From Candidatus Moraniibacteriota bacterium (GTDB lineage: Bacteria > Patescibacteriota > Minisyncoccia > Moranbacterales > UBA1568), in assembly GCA_017983435.1 (NCBI GenBank), contig JAGOBM010000007.1, forward strand, positions 1-45,366: a DNA stretch of 45,366 nucleotides, given 5' to 3'. Position 1 is the first letter of the stretch. The number at the start of each line of letters is the position of its first letter. Shown piece after piece: positions 7,141-14,626 of the stretch. The translations under genes and the position numbers were made by a program. The notes under the pieces are model-generated. The model did not search any database and had not been told where the DNA came from. It was given only the letters and a program-made list of their open reading frames with translations.

Positions 7141-9088
7141 TCCAGGTATTGGCACGGAAGATGAGTTCTTGTAGTGGATCAGATGCTTTGGATGGTATGG
7201 AAACAGGAAGCGATGCTTCCTGTTTTTTGTCTGGTAGTGCGATGCTGTCGATAGTCTGGTCCGAAAAGACGAGTGTGGTGCCTCGGGCAGTGAGTGCGAG
7301 GAGCCGGGCAGTGTGTTCGCGGCGGGCCTGATCGTGTAGTGTTTTAAGTGTATCGTTCGGAGTCTCTGTCGCCGGACGTGCCTCTGATACAGGGCTCGGA
7401 AGTATCAGCGGCTCGGTATTCGTCTCTGGATCAGAGTTGGTGGATGCGCCGGCCACGGCGGATGCTTTCAAATCGATAACTAGTTTTTTGCCCTTCTCTT
7501 TCTTGAGTATAGCGTCATCAGCGAGCGGTTTTTCGAAGGCGTATTTCAGGTCATGGATGGTTTTTCCATCCGGAGCGCGAAGTTCGATCTTGCCTTTCTC
7601 GTTCGGGAGCGTGAAGAGCGAGTGTACGCGAGTCAGCTGGCGCGCGGACTTTTTCGGGATGATGAAACTTTCACGGATCGGATGATTGGTGAGTTTCTTC
7701 TTTGTGCCAGTAGCGATGCTATACCCTTTGAGCTCGACATCCTTTTTCGAGTGATTGGTGATTTCGATCCATTCCGCATCGGTATCGCGGCCGCTCGGGT
7801 TGGGCATGAGAGCAGTGATACGGATCTTGGGCGGCTCGAACTTCTCAATCTTCAGAGTGAAAGTCTCGCTCGTTTCCTCACTACCGTCTTTCGTGGTGAG
7901 GGTAACGGTATAGCTGCCGGTCTTCTCGTAGCGGTGTTGAGTGTCTTCCTGGTAGCTCTTGTGTCCATCGCCGAAGTCCCAGACATATTTGAGCTTGTCT
8001 CCGTCGCTGTCGTGTCCGCGAGCTCGGAAGTCCAGGTATATATCGCGATAGCCTTTGGTAGGGACGCGTTCTCGGGTCGAGGGGAGGGCGTTGCTCAGAC
8101 TATTCGGCTGGCCCGGAGTCAGGGTCTTGCTTCCTCGCCAGCCACTCTCGGTCCAGTTGAGGGACGCTCCCTCGGTGCTCTTGGCATAGCTGACCGTGTC
8201 TCGGAGCACACCGTCCGCATCGAAGAGAGAGATGGTTTCACGGCTGTTGTTGAGCGAGAAGGTGAAATCCTGATCGGTCATGACGAGATAGCCTCCGCCT
8301 TCGATGAGCGTACCGGCTGGAAAGAGCATGTGGCCGGTCTTGGTGGCATCAGTGATTTTCCATCCGGAAATATCGAGAGGAGTATCGCCGGAATGATAGA
8401 GCTCGATGTATTCGCCGGCGTCTTGTGGGGCATCTGGGTCAGGAAATATCTCATTGATACGGATGAGCGCGGGCGAAGCCGCAGGGGCGCTCGGGTCAGG
8501 GGCGGTGGGAAAAGTTTCTTGGGTACAGGCATCGGATGCTCCTCCTGTGGGTGTCGGCGCGAGATTTTCAGACCAGATCAGGGAGAGCGGATCGCGGACG
8601 TGAGCGAGAGTGCTCAGCGGGTTCGAGAGAGTGATGGATGCGGGGAATGGCTGGTTGTGCCCGCTTCCGAATATAACTGCATCCCGCTTCGTATCTTTTT
8701 CATCAAAGAGGGCGATAGAGTTATCCGGGGTAAGCGTGGCGGTGGAAGTCACATCCGCCTGATCTTTGTAGAGTGGCATGGCTTTGCTGTTCACCCAGAG
8801 GAAGGTTTTATCCGGAGCAATACAGTCCTCTTTGCTGAATTCTTTGATAGAAGATTCGGTACCGGCTTTTTCTCCGCTCCCACGTGTTCGCTTCCGAAGT
8901 TTCCAGTGTTCAAGTGAAACGGGTTTTGTCCCTGAATTGGAGAGTTCGATGTAATCGTCATCGCTGTGACCGGTCCCTCCGCCAATCGAGAATTCGGAGA
9001 TGAACACATCAGCCGAAACTATCGCTGGGCAGAGAAGCAGGGAGACGATGATGAAGGCGCGTGAGGAGAATGTGATAGTCCGTGACAT
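7046..9088 (-). CDS. Secreted protein with three lamin-tail (LTD) domains and one PKD domain
   Basis: Signal peptide MSRTITFSSRAFIIVSLLLCPAIVSA. LTD motifs are ISEF...DDYIELSN, INEIFPDP...EYIELYH and ITALMPNPSGRD..EWIEITN. The PKD motif is YVWDFGDG...GSYTVTLT. Confidence 0.82.
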   Translation of the reverse strand: MSRTITFSSRAFIIVSLLLCPAIVSADVFISEFSIGGGTGHSDDDYIELSNSGTKPVSLEHWKLRKRTRGSGEKAGTESSIKEFSKEDCIAPDKTFLWVNSKAMPLYKDQADVTSTATLTPDNSIALFDEKDTKRDAVIFGSGHNQPFPASITLSNPLSTLAHVRDPLSLIWSENLAPTPTGGASDACTQETFPTAPDPSAPAASPALIRINEIFPDPDAPQDAGEYIELYHSGDTPLDISGWKITDATKTGHMLFPAGTLIEGGGYLVMTDQDFTFSLNNSRETISLFDADGVLRDTVSYAKSTEGASLNWTESGWRGSKTLTPGQPNSLSNALPSTRERVPTKGYRDIYLDFRARGHDSDGDKLKYVWDFGDGHKSYQEDTQHRYEKTGSYTVTLTTKDGSEETSETFTLKIEKFEPPKIRITALMPNPSGRDTDAEWIEITNHSKKDVELKGYSIATGTKKKLTNHPIRESFIIPKKSARQLTRVHSLFTLPNEKGKIELRAPDGKTIHDLKYAFEKPLADDAILKKEKGKKLVIDLKASAVAGASTNSDPETNTEPLILPSPVSEARPATETPNDTLKTLHDQARREHTARLLALTARGTTLVFSDQTIDSIALPDKKQEASLPVSIPSKASDPLQELIFRANTWINSLSAVPELRSLEPEPLSPESPEPTQEPLP

Positions 9089-9099
9089 TTTTTCTTTTC

Positions 9100-9600
9100 A
9101 GTGTGATACATTTTCTCAAATATTTCCAGACCTCCTTGCTGTAGATCTTTTCCGGGGGCGAAAGATATTTTTTTCTGTGTACTATCAATGATTCTCTTTC
9201 CACTGGTTTCCCAGACCAGAGCCTCTCCCTCCGGAGTATACTTGCCTCTAATTGGAGAAGATCCTGGGCCACGAGAAATTTTTTTCTTGCTGTACGCTCG
9301 GAAGCGTAGTGCATCGAAAAAATCTTTCTCGCAGCCCAGAATCTTCCTGACGCCGGATAGTATATGATACTCTTCCTGCTGACCTTCCGACTTCGCTGCG
9401 ACGTTGTGATACCACCCCTCGCCCAGCCAGCCAGAGATTTTTTCTGAAGCCCGAGGTGCTTTAAACCGATAGTGAGGAAAAAATTTACTGGCTGGGTGGA
9501 TGAGGGTCTGTATTATTTGGATTGATAATAAAAAAGTCTCAGAATATTTTTCGATGCGCTACGTTTCTCTGACATGCAGCAGTGGAGAGAGCTACTTTCG
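9100..9600. repeat. Intergenic region built from several diverged copies of a hairpin repeat family also present at 37247-37442
   Basis: The 24-nt core CTTGCTGTACGCTCGGAAGCGTAG at 9286-9309 is identical to 37383-37406. An AGAT-T6-C...GGAAAAAA module at 9434-9483 lies inside the stem CCAGCCAG/CTGGCTGG. Partial copies occur near 9131-9185 and 9541-9580. Confidence 0.55.
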
Positions 9601-9649
9601 TGGCCCAGGATACGCGATTTTATGATATACTGAAAAAAAGAAAAACTCT

Positions 9650-9991
9650 ATGACTGAAGGGACACACGCTATCAAGAAATCGACACGGAAAGCACCAGAA
9701 GACCATGGCTTGGTGGGGGCAGTGATCGAGATGGTACTGGCATCATTCCGGGGCTGGTTCGATGCTGCGATCGCGAGTATTGAGCGATCCGTGACGGAAG
9801 CGATGCTGCGGATCGCGCGCCAGATTTTCATTTTGTTCTTGGCACTGCTCGGGCTGGCGTTTCTCCTCTTCGGATTCTCCAAGATGCTGAGCTATTTTTT
9901 CCAGGTGCCCGGTATCGGGGAATCTATCGTCGGAGTATTCATGCTGGCGATGGCTTTCATACTGGCGCTCTTTACGCGTGATGGGAAATAA
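9650..9991 (+). CDS. Small membrane protein, holin-X/YqjE-like (DUF1469-type)
   Basis: 113 aa with two hydrophobic helices and a charged N-terminus. It is paired with a DUF883-like gene, as in yqjD-yqjE loci. Confidence 0.5.
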   Translation: MTEGTHAIKKSTRKAPEDHGLVGAVIEMVLASFRGWFDAAIASIERSVTEAMLRIARQIFILFLALLGLAFLLFGFSKMLSYFFQVPGIGESIVGVFMLAMAFILALFTRDGK

Positions 9992-10031
9992 TCGATAATA
10001 GGATCGTAAACAATAATCCGTACGGAATATT

Positions 10032-10286
10032 ATGGATACCAAGAATATCGAAGCCGCAGCCAAGGAGGTCAAGAAGCAGGTGATCAAAGATCTGTCGCAG
10101 GCCGAGAAGCAGGCGGTGAAAGAATTGGCGAAGATCAAAAAAGCGGCTGAAGCGGCCGTGAAACAAGCGGAGCAGTTTGTGAAAAAGAATCCAGAGAAGG
10201 CGACGTTGGTAGCCACTGGCATTGGCGCTGCGCTCGGTGCGGCTGTTGCGATGCTCTTTACCCAGGGTGGTAAGAAGAAGAAATAG
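10032..10286 (+). CDS. DUF883/ElaB-YqjD-like tail-anchored protein
   Basis: 84 aa with a Lys/Ala/Glu-rich helical N-terminus and the C-terminal anchor NPEKATLVATGIGAALGAAVAMLF followed by KKKK. Confidence 0.55.
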   Translation: MDTKNIEAAAKEVKKQVIKDLSQAEKQAVKELAKIKKAAEAAVKQAEQFVKKNPEKATLVATGIGAALGAAVAMLFTQGGKKKK

Positions 10287-10311
10287 GTCCCGTTACATTT
10301 TTGTATCGTGT

Positions 10312-10344
10312 AAGACCGCCTGAGAAGGGCGGTCTTTTCTTTTC
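10312..10344 (+). terminator. Intrinsic terminator
   Basis: AAGACCGCC/GGCGGTCTT 9-bp stem with loop TGAGAAG, then a TTTTCTTTTC tail. Confidence 0.75.
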
Positions 10345-10399
10345 TGGTTTCCTCACTCTTTTTGTGGTATACTTTCCTTGTATTCATATATTTTTTTGT

Positions 10400-11151
10400 A
10401 TGCCAAAACCCAATAAAGGCTCCATCCTCGTCTTCTCCCTCATCATCTTGAGTATCATCCTCTCCGCTGCCATCACGGTAGCTACCGTCTCAGTCACCAA
10501 CAAGCGTTCATCTAGTGCTACCGGCAAATCCGTTCAGTCTTTCCAAGTCGCTGACTCTGGTATGAACTCACCCTGCAAAAGATCTACAAAAACACCTACA
10601 CCGACCTCAACGCCATGGCCACCGGCATGGGAGGCGGAGCCTCCTGTTCCGGAGGAACTATCTCAAAGAACAATGTTGTCGGAGGAGCTATCAAAGTCTC
10701 CTTCTATGACAATGATGGGAATCTCCTCTCCTGTAGCGCTTCTGACTGGAGAGATAATGTTGTAAGAATCAAATCAGAAGGCTCTGCCTTCGGAACCACG
10801 CGAGTAGTGGAGACGGCGGTGGCGGCAGCCCCAATGGTTCCTAAAGTTTATAGTTGTACCGGAGGATCATCGTGTTCAGTAACGATACCAGCTTCTTCAA
10901 ATAAATTATTAGTGTTGGTCGATACCTACAATGGCTGCTGTGGAGGATCGGCAACTGGTACCATGAGGGTTACGGATAATCTTGGCAATACGCTTATTAC
11001 GGGTTCCTATAGTTACCATGGTGGTTGGGGAACTAGTAGTAGTGCGTCTCGAGTGGTGGAATCATCTTTTACTGGAAAAACTATCACGCTGTCTGTGAGT
11101 TACCCTGGTCGGCCTTCGGTCTCGCTCATCATTATGGAAGTGAGTCCGTGA
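10400..11151 (+). pseudogene. Pilin-like/pseudopilin-like secreted protein interrupted by a single-nucleotide frameshift near 10562-10565
   Basis: MPKPNKGSILVFSLIILSIILSAAI...SFQVADSG in frame A continues sensibly only in frame B (YELTLQKIYKNTYTDLNAMATGMGGG...). Frame A turns low-complexity, and frame B has a TGA at 10552-10554. Confidence 0.55.
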
Positions 11152-11174
11152 TAGGATGATTACTGAAGAAAGAA

Positions 11175-11200
11175 AACAGCGGCTACCCGCTGTTTTTTTT
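11175..11200 (+). terminator. Intrinsic terminator
   Basis: AACAGCGG/CCGCTGTT 8-bp stem with loop CTAC. The T8 run begins within the 3' arm. Confidence 0.8.
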
Positions 11201-11212
11201 GTTGATTTGGTA

Positions 11213-11241
11213 TTGACAAAAATGTGAAAAAACGCTACGAT
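11213..11241 (+). promoter_or_regulatory. Sigma70-like promoter (TTGACA-17-TACGAT)
   Basis: TTGACA at 11213-11218 and TACGAT at 11236-11241. Confidence 0.5.
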
Positions 11242-11247
11242 GAGGTG

Positions 11248-11441
11248 TCGTAAAATTGACAAAAAGAAGCGGGATCAGATTTCTGCCCTTAGGGTCCGAG
11301 GGAGGAACCCTCCTACCTCCCAAGGCGTAATCGAAGGGAACGCCGGTTTTCCGGAATACCCTTCGCCTTCAGGGCGGAAATCTGATCAACACTTCGTAAA
11401 CAAACACCGCTCTGACTTCAAAAGTCAGAGCGGTTTTGTTT
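11248..11441 (+). ncRNA. Candidate stand-alone structured RNA (three-way junction, possible pseudoknot), family unknown
   Basis: 17-bp closing helix 11273-11289/11371-11387 with one G-U pair. Internal hairpins AGGGT/ACCCT and AAGGC..GAAGGG..CCGG-TTTT-CCGG..CCCTTC..GCCTT. GGGAGG/CCTCCC are complementary. The terminator is 11407-11441. Confidence 0.5.
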
Positions 11442-11451
11442 GTGCCTGGTT

Positions 11452-11997
11452 TTAGAGCGGCTCGGTGATCAGTTTGGGGAGGGTTGGGAATATCTTTTGC
11501 AAGAGAGCGAGCTCGTCTGGAGAGAACGGATCGAGGACATAGTCATGGGCTGGTCGACAGACGCCTTCGGTCTCAGTCGGTCGGCCGATACCGAGCCGGA
11601 TGCGGAAGAAATCCTGGGTGCCGAGCATATCGATGATATCCTGTACGCCGTTGTGGCCGGCCGCTCGGGAAGAGAGGGTCGTTTTGTGTGTGCCTGGAGC
11701 GATATCGAGGTCGTCGTGCAGTACGATGATATCTTGGGCGGAGAGCTTGTAGAAATCGAGTAGGGCGCGGACAGTGCTGCCGGAGCGGTTCATGAAGGTA
11801 GTGGGCTTGATGAGGAGGTACTTCTCTTGGCCGATGGTACCGATGGAGAGCTCGGCGTGGAAACGGGTCTCGCGATGGAAGCTTTCGAAATCGAAATGCT
11901 CGCGGAGGAAATCAAGCGCGAGAAAGCCGGCATTGTGCCGGGTGGATGCGTATTGTTTGCCGGGATTACCGAGGCCGATGATGAGGCGCATAATCAA
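11452..11997 (-). CDS. pth: Peptidyl-tRNA hydrolase
   Basis: LIIGLGNPGKQYASTRHNAGF motif. The start may be the ATG at 11991. Confidence 0.9.
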   Translation of the reverse strand: MIMRLIIGLGNPGKQYASTRHNAGFLALDFLREHFDFESFHRETRFHAELSIGTIGQEKYLLIKPTTFMNRSGSTVRALLDFYKLSAQDIIVLHDDLDIAPGTHKTTLSSRAAGHNGVQDIIDMLGTQDFFRIRLGIGRPTETEGVCRPAHDYVLDPFSPDELALLQKIFPTLPKLITEPL

Positions 11998-12043
11998 CTG
12001 ACTTCTTTAAAAAATAGCGATGTGATTTTTTTAGAGATTCGAT

Positions 12044-12194
12044 ATTTCCAGGACCCTCGTCTCCCTCCGGAGTACATTCGCTCCGCCAGCGTCTCCGCTC
12101 TCTCATTTTCATCCTGCGCTCTTTGAGCTTCGCTCAAAACCGTGCCCGCTCCGGATGAAAAGGCCTCCTTGAAGGAAACGAGGGTCCTGGAAAT
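12044..12194. ncRNA. 151-nt structured element closed by a perfect 17-bp stem, between the LCP gene and pth (probably transcribed on the minus strand)
   Basis: ATTTCCAGGACCCTCGT (12044-12060) pairs with ACGAGGGTCCTGGAAAT (12178-12194). Inside are a 9-bp stem 12106-12114/12153-12161 and an apical hairpin TTTGAGC-TTC-GCTCAAA (12122-12138). Confidence 0.4.
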
Positions 12195-12245
12195 TCTCAA
12201 AGAGTCTTCATCTTCGGAAACCCAATGAATAATTATAAGTAGAGG

Positions 12246-13847
12246 CTAGTGCTTTTTGCGTTTCTTTTTCGGCTCTTGCGGTGGGAGGACTTGGGTGTCT
12301 ATCTCTTCGGGAGCCGTGCCAGTCTCTCCGAGAAAGGCGCTTTCTTCGAGATCGATACCGAGCGTGAGGATGAAATCCGAGCTCTGGGATGATGACTCCG
12401 GCAGCGTACCCGTCTCGAGCCCGATGTCGAAGCGGGAGAGGAGTGCGTTCTGACTGTAGAGCTTCGTGCCATCGGTCGTATCTCTCATGGTACTGCGTTC
12501 GGGAGCGTTTTCCAAACGACTGGTTTCGACGGTGGTTCGAGAAAAGCCGAGTTCATCCTTGAGAAAGCGCTGAAGCGAGAGAACGAGGACCGATTGTGAC
12601 GGGGTGGCGATAATGCGGATAGAAGGGGATTCGCTCTCGATCTGCTCGCGCTCTTGCTTCAGGCTGTCGAGTTCGAAGAGATGGTCCGCCGTCTGCGTGA
12701 TTTCTTTCCAGTTGCCGGTCCGAGGTACGAGGATGAAAGCATTGCCGTTCGGAGTCGGTATGTGTGAGACCCGGAGCAGACTTTCCGGTTTCCAGGCATC
12801 GATGACGACGGTCGTGATGTTTTTCGTGTCGAGGGTCCGGATGAGCGCGAGAAAGCTTTCCATCTCTTCGAGCGTCAGATCGGTCTTCACGCTTTCCCCG
12901 AGAGCATCCAGGAGGCGCGAGAGCGTGAGGATATTGAGCAGAGTGCCTGTGGAAAACACCTTGTCTCGTATAGCCTGCATGACTTGCTGCTGGCGTTTGG
13001 CGCGGCCGAAATCTCCTTCCGGATCAGCGTGCCGCTCGCGGACGTATTTGAGTGCCGTGGCCCCATCGAGCCGTTGCCATCCTTTATGGATTTCAAAAGT
13101 CTCGTAGCTGTAGTTTTTCCCCGGATAGCGCGCATCATAGAGATCGCGAGGCACATCGACTGAGACGCCACCGAGCGCATCGACGGCTTTTTCGAATCCG
13201 TCGAAATCGACGATCACCGAGTAGTGGATCGGGACTCCAGCGATAGTCTCGATCGTTTCGTGGATGAGATCGACACCTGCCTGCATGTCGAGGCCGATCT
13301 GATAGATAGCATTGATTTTCGTGTAGGTATCGCCTTGTCCGATCGGAGCATAGAGATCGCGAGGGAAGGAGAGGAGCGCGACGCGACGGGTGTGCGTATC
13401 GATGCTCGCGAGCATAATGGTATCGGTGAGATTTTTCCCGGGATAGTGCTCGCCGGCCCTGCCGAGAAGGAGGATGTTGATGCGGCCATCCGTCTCCTTG
13501 AGCGGTGCACGGTCGGAGAAAAGAGTGCCCGCAGCGCCTTTGAGCTCTGCGAAGAGCGAGATGCTTTGCTCGTTTTCGAAAGAGAGTGTCTGCCCGACGT
13601 GAGCGGCTTTGGTGATGAGAAAGAAGAGTGCTCCTGCTAGAGCGAACACGATCAGGAATACGAATGATACTGCCAGGGTTTTCCAGTGGATAGGCTGGTG
13701 AGAGTGTTTCTGTCGCGTTTGTGCTGTTTCTGACATGACGAAAGACGACTCGGCGTGCCCGAGATTGAGCGTCTGTCGGGCATGCGGGGCTGATACGCGG
13801 GGCACAGGGCTGCTCGGCGCTCTTTTTGTCGGTCTCAGACTGTCCAT
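12246..13847 (-). CDS. LCP (LytR-CpsA-Psr) family protein
   Basis: TM anchor followed by INILLLGRAG...NLTDTIMLASID...ALLSFPRDLY...KINAIY motifs. An alternative start is at 13736. Confidence 0.85.
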   Translation of the reverse strand: MDSLRPTKRAPSSPVPRVSAPHARQTLNLGHAESSFVMSETAQTRQKHSHQPIHWKTLAVSFVFLIVFALAGALFFLITKAAHVGQTLSFENEQSISLFAELKGAAGTLFSDRAPLKETDGRINILLLGRAGEHYPGKNLTDTIMLASIDTHTRRVALLSFPRDLYAPIGQGDTYTKINAIYQIGLDMQAGVDLIHETIETIAGVPIHYSVIVDFDGFEKAVDALGGVSVDVPRDLYDARYPGKNYSYETFEIHKGWQRLDGATALKYVRERHADPEGDFGRAKRQQQVMQAIRDKVFSTGTLLNILTLSRLLDALGESVKTDLTLEEMESFLALIRTLDTKNITTVVIDAWKPESLLRVSHIPTPNGNAFILVPRTGNWKEITQTADHLFELDSLKQEREQIESESPSIRIIATPSQSVLVLSLQRFLKDELGFSRTTVETSRLENAPERSTMRDTTDGTKLYSQNALLSRFDIGLETGTLPESSSQSSDFILTLGIDLEESAFLGETGTAPEEIDTQVLPPQEPKKKRKKH

Positions 13848-13886
13848 TTTTTGATATTTTGGCTTCTAGAAGGGATAATATGCTAC

Positions 13887-13915
13887 TTGATATTGAGGCG
13901 AAAATCTGTTAGAAT
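13887..13915 (+). promoter_or_regulatory. Sigma70-like promoter (TTGATA-17-TAGAAT) for lepB-hisS
   Basis: TTGATA at 13887-13892 and TAGAAT at 13910-13915. Its position argues against the 13916 ATG as the lepB start. Confidence 0.5.
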
Positions 13916-13951
13916 ATGAGTGTTTTTTACTTGTCCCGTATCTTGTATTGT

Positions 13952-14626
13952 ATGGCAGAATCCGACGAGCAGTCGATGCCGATGACCGGCAGTGAATCGC
14001 GCGAGAGCAGAACCGATGATCAGGATCTCGAAGAGACCCTCTCGACCGGACAGCTGTTCCTTGAGCTGTTCCGAGTTATCATCCTTGCGATCATCATCAT
14101 TATACCGGTACGCACCTTTCTCTTCCAGCCGTTCTTCGTATCGGGGTCGAGTATGGAGCCGAATTTTGAGGATGGCCAGTACCTAGTGATCAGTGAATTC
14201 GGATACAAGACGACTGATGCCGTCATGGGCATCCCGATGGGTTTCACGGTCCGTCCGTACAAGGACCTGCATCGCGAAGACGTAGCAGTGTTTGAGTTCT
14301 CCAAGGATCCGGAGACCTACTATATCAAGCGGGTAATCGCTTTGCCGGGCGAATCGATCGAGATCAAGCGCGGGCGGGTTATTATTTACAATGAGGTTCA
14401 GCCGCAGGGATTCATGTTGGATGAGAGCGGCTATCTGGCCCGTTCAGCGATGCTCTCTCTACAGGATATGCCCAAGGTGACGCTCAAGGCAGACGAATAT
14501 TTCCTCATGGGTGACAATCGGCAGCATAGTCATGATTCGCGCAGCTTCGGTCCGGTGAAACAGGAGAAGATCACAGGCCGAGTGTTGCTTCGGGCCTGGC
14601 CGGTGACAGAAGCAAAGATGTTTTGA
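13952..14626 (+). CDS. lepB: Signal peptidase I
   Basis: SGSSMEPNF (Ser box), YIKRVIALPGE (Lys box) and GDNRQHSHDSR motifs. Confidence 0.88.
   Translation: MAESDEQSMPMTGSESRESRTDDQDLEETLSTGQLFLELFRVIILAIIIIIPVRTFLFQPFFVSGSSMEPNFEDGQYLVISEFGYKTTDAVMGIPMGFTVRPYKDLHREDVAVFEFSKDPETYYIKRVIALPGESIEIKRGRVIIYNEVQPQGFMLDESGYLARSAMLSLQDMPKVTLKADEYFLMGDNRQHSHDSRSFGPVKQEKITGRVLLRAWPVTEAKMF

Noticed and set aside
9009-9314. 101-aa ORF (minus) in the LTD-upstream intergenic region.
   Set aside because: It overlaps the LTD gene's 5' end, has no SD, and its translation is not protein-like. It sits on the hairpin repeat family, which explains the sequence better.
11994-12200. 68-aa TTG-start ORF (minus) between the LCP gene and pth.
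   Set aside because: It has a TTG start, no SD, and overlaps the pth start. Its ends coincide with the two arms of a perfect 17-bp inverted repeat, which favours an RNA or DNA structure. It is kept as an alternative in the corresponding finding.
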